Positions 24,982-37,925 of a stretch of DNA of 61,510 bases are shown here, piece by piece. The stretch's first letter is position 1. Every line of letters begins with the position of its first letter. A program made the position numbers and the translations under genes. This DNA comes from Veleropilina oligotropha (lineage: Eukaryota): assembly GCA_048128005.1 (NCBI GenBank), contig JBEUKZ010000034.1:124001-185510 (forward strand), written 5' to 3'. A model generated the notes under the pieces. That model saw only the letters and a program-made list of their open reading frames with translations, was not told the origin of the DNA and ran no database searches.

Positions 24982-26113
24982 GTTATTAACCCCAGCGGAA
25001 GCCTAAAAAAGGGGGTTATTGTCATCGCCCGAGGCTGGCGGGCGGAGCATTTGTCTGGATCATATCTCAGCTTGTATGCATGTCAGCTTGAAGAAACTTG
25101 GTATGCTAACTTATCATGACCTACTCTAGCGCGTGACGATTTAATTATCCGTGTGCGACCTTGGACCTTGCCATTGTGACCTTTCACACAATTTACATAT
25201 CTCGGCTTGTATGTATGCCAGCTTGACGAAACTTGGTATGCTAACTAACCTTGAGTTACCCTAGCGCGTGGCGATATAATTTTCCATGTGTGACCTTTGA
25301 CCTTGCCCTTGTGACCTTACCCCAAATAAGGATGAAGCTTTTGTTCGGATCATATCTCGGCTTGTATGCATGTCAGCTTGATGAAACGTGGTATGCCTAC
25401 TTACCATGACCTACCCTAGCGCATGGCGATATAATTTTCTGTGTGCGACCTTTGATCTTGCCATTATGACCTTTGACACAAAATCCAGGATGCAAGTTTT
25501 GTCTGGTCCATATCTCGGCTACTATATATGCCACCTTGTTTTACTTTTGTATATTAACTTACCTTGACCCACCCTTGCGCGTGGCGACATAATTTCCATG
25601 AGCGACCTTTGACCTTGCCGTTGTAACCTTCCCCAAAATATAAATTGAAGCTTTTGTCCGGAACATATCTCGGCTTGTATGTATGCCAGCTTGACGAAAC
25701 TTGGTATGATAACTTACCTTGAGTTACCCTAGACCGTGGCGATATAATTTTCCAGGTGCAACCTTTGACTTTGCCCTTTTGACCTTTGACACAAAATGCA
25801 TGTTTTGTCCGGACAATATCTCAGCTACTATACATGCCACCTTATTGAAATTTAATATTCTAACCCTCCTTTACCCTAACGGGCTGCGACATAATTTTCT
25901 GTGTACAACCATTTATTTTGACAAAATTTTCCATATTAAGACATTTTTTTTTTACAGAATTTATAATTAATTTTTCATCCAAACTTTTACATGATGGACA
26001 GCTAGCACAGTATTTAGCCTCTGTAACTGGCAAAGTCAATATCACATATTTTATATGGTAGTCCGATTGCTATTTAAGGCTGAGGTTTCCGACAGCTCTG
26101 CGGCTGTCTTTTT
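24982..26113 (+). mobile_element. HINE/MITE-like repeat with ~155-bp tandem units
   Basis: 5' hairpin TAACCCC..GGGGTTA; repeated CATATCTCGGC/AAACTTGGTATG/TGACCTT units; 3' hairpin GACAGC..GCTGTC followed by a T run. Confidence 0.7.
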
Positions 26114-26453
26114 TTGATTATGTGATGAACATGCAAGGGCTACAAAGCCTACAAAGCCAGAGACACGAGTTCGATCGCTGGCGTGACAGAATTATTTATG
26201 TAGCACCAATTCAAAGTTAACAAGCGCATCCGAGAGGAAGCATAGTTGAGCCGTGGACATACACCACACAGACAGCCTCAATACAATAATTTCTCTGTTT
26301 ACACGGCTCAACTAATAAACCCAATTTAAAACTGTCATTTTCATTCCTTCATCTACCCATCCATGCCAGCCCTATGTATCAGGGTAAGCGTACAACGCCT
26401 TTGTCTTCTGAAAGCGATATCCATGATGAAATGTAGTTGTTTTGTTTCCATAG

Positions 26454-26594
26454 GAGAAGAGGTTGGCAGAAGACAGCCACGAATCAGCTATTTTTGGCCG
26501 ATCGGCCGATATTAACATATCCAATGTTAAATCTGAACCCATGGAGAGAAAGCCACTGGTGTTTCAAGAGGAAGATAACTATGTGAATCCTAAT
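26454..26594 (+). CDS. RSRC1: RSRC1-like exon (EKRLAEDSHESAIFG...EEDNYVNPN)
   Basis: TTTCCATAG acceptor, AAT|GTAAGG donor, 141 nt open, phase 0/0; ends like RSRC1 DDNSLAHPN. Confidence 0.8.
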
Positions 26595-27460
26595 GTAAGG
26601 CTGGAAGATGGAATCATGCCATGCTATTGATATGATAACGCATAATATGTTTGCAGTAAACAATTGTGTAACCATTCGTTTGGTTGCACAAATTATGTTG
26701 CATAACCTGAAATATATGCGTAGGAGTTTTGCATATCGCAGTTGATATACATGTCTCTTTATAAGCTTAAGTATATGGGTGAATACTACAAATATCATTA
26801 TTTTACATCTCATTTATCAAAATTTACAATGTCTTATTTTTCGTCAAATATTTACATTTTAATTACAACCAACATGTCTAGATTATGAAATGAATAGAAA
26901 CAGTGCTTAAACTAGGAATATTTTGAAATGGCAACATATTTTGTATAGGTAGTGAAATAACACTTGTCATTATGACGTCCTGTACCTTAAAACTAAAACA
27001 CAGTTTGAGCGCTACTGATGACCAACTTACTAATATAAAAATAATTTTTGCTTATCTATTATGTAACAATCGAGGTATCTGAATATATTTTACTTGAACT
27101 CGAATATATTATCAGTAATAAAATATAAACATTTTCACGGATCGAAAACCATCGCGACACAACGTAAAATTAAATTTATTAACCGAATCTTAAAAGTGTG
27201 GTATACATGAGTATAAGGGGTTGATATCAGTGAAAAATGTATATAATGGTAGACGGCGTAACGCTAATATGATTTGTAGCATTTGCAGTGCATAATATGC
27301 CCATTTTTCTTAAGAAGTGCACAGTATTGAATAAATATCACAACATCGTCACGATGACACTATGATCGCGACGATGACACTGTTGTCATTTACTCAACAG
27401 CTTCACAATTTATATGACAACACAACACCATTTATTAAATTCGTAACATTATAACACATT

Positions 27461-28524
27461 GTTATCCCCCCGGATATTGATACCGGGGGGATCTTGCAAT
27501 CGCCCAGTCTGTCTGTCCGTCCGTCTGTCCGTCTGTCCGTCTGTCTGTATGTAATCGATATCGTTTCCGGAGCATATCTTGTACACCGTTCGACATAACT
27601 TAACGAAACTAGCTGGGTGTATTCAGTAGTAGGTGAACTGGTGCCTTTTGCTAATCTCGACGTCGTGCGATGATTATTAACAGAGTTACTGCCCTTGTTT
27701 TAAATTTGTTTATCGTTTCCGGAGCATATCTCGTACACCGTTCGACATAACTTTACGAAACTTGCTGCTTGTATTAAGTAGTAGGTGAACTGGTGCCTTT
27801 TGCTAGTCTCGATGTTGTGCGATGATTATTAACAGAGTTACTGCCCTTGTTCTAAATTTGTTTATCGTTTCCGGAGCATATCTCGTACACCGTTCGACAT
27901 AACTTTACGAAACTTGCTGCTTGTATTAAGTGTTAGGTGAACTGGTGCCTTTTGCTAGTCTCGATGTTGTGCGATGATTATAAACAGAGTTACTGCCCTT
28001 GTTTTAAATTTGTTTATCGTTTCCGGAGCATATCTCGTACACCGTTCGACATAACTTTACGAAACTTGCTGCTTGTATTAAGTAGTAGGTGAACTGGTGC
28101 CTTTTGCTAGTCTCGATGTTGTGCGATGATTATTAACAGAGTTACTGCCCTTGTTGTAAATTCGTTAATGTTATCCTTTCCGGTGCATATCTCGTACACC
28201 GTTCGACATAACTTTACGAAACTTGCTGGGTCTATTAAATAGTAGGTGAACGGTGCCTTTTGCCAGTTCCAATTCAAGATGTCGGCCTTGGCAGCCATTT
28301 TCTTTGACAGCATTTCTTGTCCCCCTTGTTATAGTTTACACTAACGATATTACACTTAATTATCCCATTGTAGTTTCAAGAATATACAGCATATAGTAAT
28401 TGTGAATGTACCATTGTGGGGGATATTGATTGCTCTGTATTCTGTTGCTTCGACTTAAAACAGGGATCTACTGTTAAAATTAAAATTGCACCGGGGGGAT
28501 ATGTCGTCTCCTGATGACTCTTGT
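27461..28524 (+). mobile_element. HINE/MITE-like repeat with GTCC/GTCT microsatellite and ~152-bp tandem units
   Basis: ATCCCCCCGG..CCGGGGGGAT hairpin with a subterminal copy at ~28491; near-identical units at 27560-28260. Confidence 0.8.
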
Positions 28525-30287
28525 CTAACATTGTAGAAACATATGATAATTATGTCATCACATTACAAGAAAATAAATCGTGATAATGACAGATCAACAG
28601 TGTTTTTCATTGTACAGTAATTGTTTATTCAATAAATACACTAGTTAATTACGTTTTACGAGTCTTAACAATTATAATACGGGGAAATGTATGCAATGGT
28701 GGACGAGGTAAAGCAAATATCACTTGCAATGTACATATTCCCTTTCTATGAATAATTAAGTGCCACCACTTCGTCACGATGACACCTCGGTTGCGACATA
28801 ATCAACAATGTTCAGTTACACAAGATATATGGTAAAAACACCAATTATTAAACTTTTAAAACTTACGTTTTAACACTTGATCAAATAACACAATGTCATA
28901 ACATCGTATTGTTGGAGCCCTGAGGATTATGTAATCAAATTACAAAAATAAATCGTCGTGATTAGCTAGTCGTGATAATGACAGACCATCAGTGTTTTCA
29001 GTGTACAGTACATGTGTATTCAATAAACTAGTAACTAATTTAAATGTTAATTAATTTATACTTCAACAACTGATGTGATGGGTCTGGAATTGTAACCATT
29101 GGAAAAAAACATCTGTATTAAACTTAATTTAAGATTTTACAACCTTAAGAATGAGTAGTCATTATCGCAATTTTTTGTCATATTGATATAATTTGTCGTC
29201 ATATGTCATATGTCGAACTCGATAATGATCCAGAAGGCTTCAAAATGAAATAATCTCAAGCTATACTAGCAATACTGAGATAAACTCGTCATTATCGTGA
29301 AAAATTGCGTCATTGCGCTAAAATCTTGTATGCTATAATGACGATTGCTATAGTGACGATTAATGTGTTTATTGTCCTATGGTGGCTAAGGGAGGTAACT
29401 AGGTAATACCTTTTTCCATTATTTACAAGAAACCAATAAAACACATGGCATGAAAAGAGTGAAAATGTTATAATTATTTTATGTGACCAATATACTAACT
29501 GGCGTTAAGATGACAAGTAATTTTCATACGTTTTCAATATGTAACACTAACATTTTACAGGAATAATTCGGGATTTTTTTTCTTTTCACATTTTGATGTG
29601 GAACTGAAATGGCGCGTAAACTATATTGGCAAAATTGTCTCCCGTGTAAAACTTCAGGCGTACATCGATATTTTATAACGTGTTCGCTAGAATGACTGTC
29701 ATTGGCGACGCATATTATGTCCTAATTTTCTTTAAGAAAAGTTACTTTGTTCTACAAATTTTGTTTGCAAAAATGAAGAAGTAGACATACTCTGTCAGAT
29801 AATAATAAATTATGCGTGATATAAAAGTCACAAATTGGTAACTAATGATCATCAAATAGTGCACTCGGGTTTGGCGACGGGCAATTTTTCGGCATTTTCG
29901 AAGACACGCACATACAACACGTTGTACTAACCATGCTACAATAATTTAATAAAATGTTTTAATCATGTAAATATAAGTTACTACATAAGTAATGATTTTA
30001 AGATATCAAATATAGCAAAAATATATGATATTTTATACTGTAGAAGGAAAGGAACATCGGCAACAATAAATATCCCCAAATGTAGTATTCACCCATATCT
30101 GTGTGTGCAGTCTATAATCACACCCAACCAATGGAAATCGTATTTGCAGTGTATCTACATTGGGAGTGTTTAATATGTTTAGTCATAAGTCTAAGTTATA
30201 TAATACGAAGTTGATATTTGTATGGAAGATTTCAATACGATTAAACTTGAGTTATAATATGACTGTGCAAAGTTTTCGAAATTCAAA

Positions 30288-30495
30288 TCAGGGGCAGATC
30301 CAGGATTTTGAAATGAGAGGGTCCAACTTTTAGGAAAAATACTTTATATGAACTGTCCGCATGACAATTAACGATGTAACCCCCCCCCCCCCCCCCCCCG
30401 TCTCCTGCATTTTGACAGTGCAAAAACGCATTAATTATTACCAGTAAAATTGTAATTGGTAACATAAAAGTGGGGGCACCCCCCCCCCCCCCATG
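30288..30495. repeat. Short MITE-like fragment with poly-C tracts
   Basis: Begins CAGGGGCAGATCCAGGATTTT; a related end sequence CCCCCTGGATCCG occurs at ~39026. Confidence 0.4.
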
Positions 30496-30666
30496 CAATT
30501 GTCAGTTATCATATTTGACTTTGTTCATGATGTCTCTGCATATCATATCAGAGCGTCATTAACATGTTTGTTAATGCGATATATTGCCGCAACATATCAG
30601 GTTTTTATCAGCTTGGTGATATATCTTAGATATCTGTATATCAACTGGTATATTATTATGTTTCAG

Positions 30667-30759
30667 TTACATGAAGATCCTGCTATAAAATTGGATAGGT
30701 GGATTAAAAAGCTGACGGCTATGAGGATGCGGAAACTGGAAGGGGAAGTGATATCATGA
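30667..30759 (+). CDS. RSRC1: RSRC1-like last coding exon (LHEDPAIKLDRWIKKLTAMRMRKLEGEVIS*)
   Basis: TTTCAG acceptor, TGA stop; resembles the RSRC1 C-terminus EKWFKRLIALRQERLMG. Confidence 0.85.
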   Translation, partial: LHEDPAIKLDRWIKKLTAMRMRKLEGEVIS

Positions 30760-30762
30760 CAG

Positions 30763-30919
30763 CTGAGGAATGCATACAGTGCCATCTATAGATCTGAGGA
30801 ATGCGTACAGTGCCTTCCCTAGATCTGAGGAATGCATACAGTGCCCTCTCTAGATCTGAGGAATGCATACAGTGCCATCTCTAGATCTGAGGAATGCGTA
30901 GTGCCATCTGTAGATCTGA
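30763..30919 (+). repeat. 31-bp tandem repeat (~5 copies) at the start of the RSRC1 3' UTR
   Basis: Unit CTGAGGAATGCATACAGTGCCATCTCTAGAT, repeated with substitutions. Confidence 0.9.
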
Positions 30920-31076
30920 TTGAAAATAACAGAGACAATCTTTTGATTATGGATACTGTATTGACAGAAAATTGAGAAAACAAAGTCTTGATTATAGATA
31001 TCATATTGATGTCACCTACCATCAGCTGAAAGTGACCACAGTCATAGTTGCATTGAAATTTCTCTATGGTCACACT

Positions 31077-31086
31077 AATAAATAAA
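31077..31086 (+). terminator. Candidate polyadenylation signal for the RSRC1-like gene
   Basis: Overlapping AATAAATAAA ~320 nt after the stop codon. Confidence 0.4.
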
Positions 31087-31499
31087 ATTACTACAGGATA
31101 GGTCGCGTTCTTTTATAGCATCCATATAATGTAAATCTATTACTTAACTGCAATCCAGCTCGGGGTAATGCGTGCAAACTCCTGATTATTCTCCCCTGCG
31201 TTTTTAATAAATTAATCTGTATATCCTGCAACATTAACACCAATGGCATAACAGTGCACAGTAAGTTTAAGTCGTATGCACAATTTTATCTACGTATTGT
31301 GTCGGTCATATTTATGTTCATTATACCATCGCCCACGTATTCATGGGAGAAGGTATTGCAATTGGAGCGGTCAGTTTGCGAGCATTTCTCAACAACCATT
31401 GATGCGATTTTCTTCATTTTTTGGCACGAGATAGGGTCCACTCTAGACTCGGTCCTCCTGAAAGATGATCCTAATCGGAAAGCCTTAATATAACAAGTG

Positions 31500-31735
31500 T
31501 GGTTTAAACTGGACTAGCCCAGAACATACATGAGGTATAAAACAGGCTAGCTCGCTTTAACCCCGGGAGAGTTTTGGCATGGGTAGATCTTGGCCTGTTA
31601 CACTGGATTGTCCATCAGAACGGACGAGAAAAGTGTGATACTGATGCATCCGGGGAAGAAACAGCAGCACGATCGGCACATGAAATGTATGAACACCGTG
31701 ACAAGTTAGGAAACTCAAAGACCTCACCCATGAGA
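31500..31735 (+). mobile_element. RTE-clade LINE, 5' part (start of the AP endonuclease)
   Basis: 31644-31735 translates IRGRNSSTIGT*NV*TP*QVRKLKDLTHEI, a decayed TIGTWNVRTL..GKLKELTHE motif; left boundary approximate. Confidence 0.75.
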
Positions 31736-32985
31736 TACACTTGGCCAGCCCTCACCCACGAGATACACGTGGCCAGACGTCACCCACGAGATACACGTGG
31801 CCAGACCTCACCCACGAGATACACGTGGTCAGACCTCACTCACGAGATACACGTGGCCAGACCTCACCCACGAGATACACTTGGCCAGACCTCACCCACG
31901 AGATACACTTGGCCAGACCTCACCCACGAGATACACTTGGCCAGACTTCACCCACGAGATACACGTGGCCAGACCTCACCCACGAGATACACGTGGCCAG
32001 ACCTTACCCACGAGATACACTTGGCCAGACCTCACCCATGAGATACACTTGGCCAGACCTCGCCCACGAGATACACTTGGCCAGACCTCACCCACGAGAT
32101 ACACGTGGCCAGACCTCACCCACGAGATACACGTGGCCAGACCTCACCCATGAGATACACGTGGCCAGACCTCACCCACGAGATACACGTGGCCAGACTT
32201 CACCCACGAGATAAACGTGGCCAGACCTTACCCACGAGATACACGTGGCCAGACCTCACCCACGAGATACACTTGGCCAGACCTCACCCACGAGATACAC
32301 TTGGCCAGACCTCACCCACGAGATACACGGCCAGACCTCACCCACGAGATACAAGGCCAGACCTCACCCACGAGATACACGTGGCCAGACCTCACCCACG
32401 AGATACACTTGGCCATACCTCACCCACGAGATACACGTGGCCAGACCTCACCCACGAGATACACTTGGCCAGACCTCACCCACGAGATACACGTGGCCAG
32501 ACCTCACCCACGAGATACAGGTGGCCAGACCTCACCCACGAGATACACTTGGCCAGACCTCACCCACGAGATACACTTGGCCAGACCTCACCCACGAGAT
32601 ACACCTGGCCAGACCTCACCCACGAGATACAAGGCCAGACCTCACCCACGAGATACACGTGGCCAGACCTCACCCACGAGATACACTTGGCCATACCTCA
32701 CCCACGAGATACACGTGGCCAGACCTCACCCACGAGATACACTTGGCCAGACCTCACCCACGAGATACACGTGGCCAGACCTCACCCACGAGATACAGGT
32801 GGCCAGACCTCACCCACGAGATACACTTGGCCAGACCTCACCCACGAGATACACTTGGCCAGACCTCACCCACGAGATACACCTGGCCAGACCTCACCCA
32901 CGAGATACACTTGGCCAGACCTCACCCACGAGATACACGTGGCCAGACCTCACCCACGAGATACACGTGGCCAGACCTCACCCAC
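31720..32985 (+). repeat. 28-bp minisatellite, ~45 copies
   Basis: Unit GACCTCACCCACGAGATACAC(G/T)TGGCCA. Confidence 0.98.
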
Positions 32986-32995
32986 AGAGATATAA

Positions 32996-33254
32996 ACAGT
33001 CGTGTGGTTTGTTGTGAACTCCGAAAAATCACTGACTTGATTTCGCTGACCCGAACAGTAGTGGGTTCAAACCTCTGCAGGGACATCACACATTTGTTCA
33101 AGTTATGAATCACAGTTGTCCATAACTGATCGGAGAGGGATGATTTCCCCGGGCGACCAGGCTTTCCTCCCGCGATAATATGGACATGTCCTGCTTTGAA
33201 CCAAATGATGGTTGGAAATATACAGGACATGAAGAATCGATCCTTTCCCTTTCC
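32996..33254 (+). mobile_element. tRNA-derived SINE
   Basis: B-box-like GGGTTCAAACC; central GGTTTCCTCC-type conserved SINE domain; CCTTT-repeat tail; a second diverged copy lies at 54105..54360. Confidence 0.75.
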
Positions 33255-33518
33255 AAAGCTTTCCCCTTTTCAGCGACTTCACTGCTGCTTCAACTTGATC
33301 ACGGAGTCATCATCACTTGATGAGGCTTCACGTGTCAACACTCTTGGGTTACCCTCGATCTATGCATATGTTGTACGATTCGGAGCAGTATTCAGTCCAT
33401 CTCTTGATCGTGTTCTGCTCTTTAGTTATACAGTTGCCCTCTTTCGTTTGAATAGTACTGAAATGCCTTTTCGCGCTGTTATTTTCAAGGATCTCCTTAA
33501 TGTCTAGTCACTGTTTTT
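33255..33518 (-). mobile_element. RTE LINE middle fragment (between endonuclease and RT)
   Basis: Minus strand encodes DIKEILENNS..STIQTKEGNCITKEQNTIKRWTEYCSE..VEAAVKSLKRGKA. Confidence 0.8.
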
Positions 33519-33607
33519 TCTACATCTACATCTATAGGTTACATTAAAATGTCATGATTGACAATTATTTAACGGTGCGCATAGAAAAGTAACAAGATTA
33601 AAAGTGA

Positions 33608-34394
33608 AACTAGAAATGTGTCCATCGGACACGAATGCCCCCACTGGTAGCCTTGACACCATAGGGGCAGCAAAGATCGTTTTGTGGAGTTATTTAAAGA
33701 CAATTAATGGCATGGGCGAGTCGCAGAAGGGAAGTACGAATGATGATAAGCAAGTGTATGAAGTATCAAGTCAATCCATGAACGCAGATGGAAGTTATAG
33801 CAGAATGGAGTTACTCGCATGCCAATATTGGTCCAATGAGCGAAGTCATTTGACCTTGGGCATAGGGGCAACATGGATGGATCGCAGAAGAGAAGTATGA
33901 ATGATGATAAGCAAGTGTATGAAGTATCAAGTTAATCCATAAAGGCAGATGAAATTTATAGCAGAATGGAGTTACTCGCACATAATTACTGGTCCGAAGA
34001 GCTAAATTAAGTCATTTGACCTTGACATTGGGGCAACTGAATGGGTCACAGAAGCGAAGTATGAATGATGATAAGCAAGTGTATGAAGTATCAAGTCAAT
34101 CCAAGAAGGCAGATGGAAGTTACAGCAGAATGGAGTTACTCGCACACAAATACTGGTCCGAAGAGATAAATTATGTCATTTGACCTTGGGCATAGGGGCG
34201 ACTGGATGGGTCGCATAAGCGAAGTATGAATGATGATAAGCAAGTGTATGAAGTATCAAGTCAATCCATGAGGGCAGATGGAAGTTATAGCAGAATGGAG
34301 TTACTTGCACGCAATACTGGTTTTCGGGATGGGATGGGACGGACGGACAAGGGTAAATCCCCCCGCCCCAATAAATTTGTGGGGGCATAAAAAA
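33608..34394 (-). mobile_element. HINE/MITE-like repeat with ~160-bp tandem units, inside the LINE 3' UTR
   Basis: Both ends are reverse complements of the ends of the element at 34911..35296. Confidence 0.8.
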
Positions 34395-34910
34395 GAGATA
34401 GTAAAGCCATAAAATAGACAAGGGTATGACAGTAAAAGGTACAATATAGAGAGATTAGAAAGATTTCCCAGATACTCTAGTAGAACATCAGAGACATCTT
34501 TCGACCAATCCGGCTTGCGTAGCACTCTCAGGTCAAAAGTCCCGCCGGCATAGCTCGGGCTTTGTCATTTGGAAATAGTAGCGGGAGGGAAGATCCTCAT
34601 TAGAAGGGATGGGCGATCAACTCCCTCTTGAAGGATACCAAAGAGGGAGCCTCAGCAACTGTGGTTGGTAGACTATTCCATAGTGCGATGGTTCTCGGAA
34701 AGAAGCTGTGTTTGTAATAATCCGTGGATGTAGAATACTGCCGGAGCTTGCGTGTGTTCGCTGTTCGTGTCCAGGAAGATGCTGGTGTTAAATAGGCAAA
34801 TGCTGGTACGTCTACTAGGTGATTTTATACAACAGCACTAGTTGGGTAATGTCCCTTCTCCTTTCAAGAGTATCCCAGTCGAGATGTTTCAGCATGTCAG
34901 TGACGCTGCT

Positions 34911-35296
34911 TTTTATGCCACCACCAATTTATTGGGGTGGCATTTAGATTTACTCTTGTCCGTCCCGTCCGTCCGTCCCGTCCGTCCCGAAACCAGTATT
35001 TGCGTGTAAGCAACTCCAATCTGCTATAACTTCTATTTGCCTTCATGGATTGACTTCATACTTTGTACACTAGCTTATCATCATTCATCCTTCGCTTCTG
35101 CGACCCATCCATGTCGCCGTATGGCCAAGGTCAAGGTCAAATGACTTAGCTCTTCAAACCAGTATTTGCGTGTAAGCAACTCCAATCTGCTATAACTTAT
35201 ATTTGCCTTCATGGATTGACTTGATACTTTGTACACTGCCCCTATGGTCAAGGCTGCCAGTGGGGGCATTCGTGTCCGATGGACATATTTCTAGTA
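34911..35296 (+). mobile_element. Same HINE/MITE-like family, shorter copy interrupting the LINE ORF
   Basis: TTTTATGCC hairpin start, GTCC microsatellite, end GGGGGCATTCGTGTCCGATGGACATATTTCTAG. Confidence 0.8.
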
Positions 35297-37066
35297 TTAT
35301 GTTTGTGCCAAATCTTGCCGCTCTGCGCTGTACCATTTCTATCTGGTGTTTTTGATCTTGTTGATGGGGGCTCCATATTGTACAACAGTACGCAAGGTTC
35401 AACCGCACCATAGTGGTATATGCGCTGGTCTTTGTTTGTTCGGATGCTTTTGGTAGATCGCAGCGCAGGAATCCCAGCTTACTGTTTGCTTTCTTTGTCA
35501 CTCGTTTTATATGCTGTTCCCATGCTAGATTTGACGGGAGGTAGACCCCTAGATATATTGTTGTTTCATCTTTGGATAAAGGGACACCTTTAAGGTTGTA
35601 CGTGAATGACTTGGGCACCTTAGACCGTGTTACCCAGAGGACATTGCATTTCTGGGGATGAAATTCCATTCCCCACTTTTGCTCCCAGTGTGCAAGCAAG
35701 TTCTTGAAGTTGCAGTTGATCGACGGTGAACTTTATCTGGCGGTATAAAATACAATCATCCGCAAACAGTCTAGTTTGGAGTGGACGCTTTCTGGTAGAT
35801 CATTTATGAAAATAAGAATGAGCAATGGTCCGAGCCCGGAGGAACGCCGCTGACCACGGGTAACGTTTTGGATGATTGGCCCTCCACTAGGACCTGCTGT
35901 GACCTATCAGATAAGAAAGATCGGATCCACTGCGAAGTCTTGCCCCTGATACCCTAGTGGTTGACCTTTTTCAGTAGGCGTCGGTTAGGGAATCGGTCGA
36001 ACGCCTTACTGAAATCTAGGATGATCATGTCCGTTTGTGTCTTCTTGTCTAGGGCAGCAGCCAACTTATGATATAATGTGAGAACTTGCATTTCATAGCC
36101 ATGTTGGCAGTCATGGACTGATGATCAAGGTGTTTGAAAATGTTACTGACAATGACATGCTCTAGAAGCTTACACCAAAGACTGGTCAGAGAGACCAGTC
36201 TATAATTGGCGGAATCATGGCGAGAACCCTTTTTTAATATGGCAGTGACATTTGCTTGGCGCCAGTCTCCATGAACTCTCCCTTCTTGCAGTGAGGCATT
36301 GTAGATTATGGTCAGTATAGGTGCGATTTCTGCTGCACATTCCTTTAGGAGTAGCGTCAGGCCCAGATGCTTTCCTCGGGTTGGTTTTGCACAAAAGTTT
36401 CGCCATGCCTTCATTAGTGACCTTTATTTCTTCCATCTGTGGAAGTGGTGTACCAGTAGGGCTGTGTACGTCAACCTGACTTTCATGAGTGAAGACAGAT
36501 TTATATTGATTATTTAGGATGTCGGCCTTATCTTTTGGAGTGTTGAAGAGTCTGCCCAAGTGCTTCAGTGGCGAGATTCTGCTGTTACATTTACGAAGTG
36601 ACTTTATGTAGGCCCAGAAACGCTTCTGTTTGATAGGTATATCATCATCAGGATCATCAATTTCGATTAGGTTGTTGATGTAAGAATTGTATGTCTCGTT
36701 CTAGTTTCTGTAATTCAGCTTTACTCTGCTTGTACTTTCGAATGTCACAGTCTTTCCCTGTCTTTTTAATTTTCGCGTAGTTTCGCTTTCCTCCGGATGG
36801 CTGACCTTACTTTCTTGTCAATTCATGGCTTTTTCTTTTGAATGCCTTGAAGAATCTATGATGGAATATGGTCCTTCATTAATGTAGTAATTGTGTTTCT
36901 GAATTTCTTCCAGAGGGAATCTGTGTTGCTCGACGTCATGGTGATCATTTCAGAGTGGAGATCACATAAACCCGTCTTCAAGGCAACATAATCAGCCTTA
37001 TTGTACAGGAAGACTTTCCGTTGTTGGTGAGGTGACCTGTGTGGATGAATACTTGATTCAATGTAT

Positions 37067-37925
37067 ACCAGCTGCTTGACCCTTTTCATTCCTTTGTGAT
37101 CTTCTTGTTTATATCTCTGTAGTTGTCTTTCACGTCTGTGATGTTTCTGTGTTGTTTCATTATTCTTCCGGCATCCCACAGATCCAGGATGTTTGCGACC
37201 CATGGTCTGGACTTTTGACGACTTGTTTCAATGATCTCTGAAGGTGTTTCGGTGGCCTGAAGGTGTTTCAGTGGCTTCGAGGTCTTTTTCGATTAGCAGC
37301 ACTCAAACAAACTGCTTTCCAAGTGTTACTTGAAACTTGTTTACGATGAAAGAGTCCTTCAGTTTATCTAATTCAAATTTGAGTCTGCTGTTTCTTGCCT
37401 TCTTCACTCCCTTCAGCCGCACTCTGAAATTTGTCATAACAACGTCGTGGTCACTACCAAGATCAACTCCTATGAATGTCCTTGTTTTAGCTCTGTTGAA
37501 ACGACTTGTGCTGTTTCTGCATCAGGATATAGTCAATATGTATGTGATATTGGTCATTTGTAGTATCATGTGTCATGTCCAACGCCGATATGTTTTGTGT
37601 TAAGTGCGTTAGCAAGGAACAAGTTGTTGTCACTGACGAATTACAGCAGGTGTCATCCGCCTCGTTGGTACTGCCATTGCAGTAGGGGGTCTCCATATAT
37701 CTCCAGTCCTCATGGGAATCTGTACATATCTTCGTAGACTTGCACCATCGTGATGGTGAAATTTGTTCCATACAGGTGGATGGTCATGATCCTGCTGGAA
37801 ACTGGACTGGACATCCTAACATGGTGTTCATGATATCTTTATTGACCAAGAACCCCATGCCATTTGCATGCTTGACACATTTTCAGAGTGTGTCCTTCCT
37901 CTGTCTGTACTTCCCATTGTTGTCA
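37067..37925 (-). mobile_element. RTE LINE AP-endonuclease region (continuation, inverted)
   Basis: Minus strand encodes EVQTEEGH, KHANGMGFLVNKDIMNTMLGC, PVSSRIMTI, IDYILM, AKTRTFIGVDLGSDHDVVMTNFRVRLK. Confidence 0.85.

Larger units (their letters stand above)
33519..37066 (-). mobile_element. Second, 5'-truncated non-LTR retrotransposon (RTE-X/CR1-like RT) inserted in the RTE
   Basis: KADILNNQYKSVFT, WRQANVTAI.KKG, NYRLVSLTS, LDFSKAFD, LFADD, WGMEFHPQKC, IEMVQRRAARF; (TAGATG)n tail at 33519-33534; decayed. Confidence 0.85.

Noticed and set aside
26150..26190. tRNA gene suggested by a B-box-like GAGTTCGATC
   Set aside because: No cloverleaf or A box could be built; at most a SINE fragment
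31574..33108. Long repetitive ORFs (ARPHPRDT.GQTSPTRYTWPDLTHEIH) here and at 37828..38891
   Set aside because: Artefact of a stop-free 28-bp unit that is open in all three frames; no gene structure
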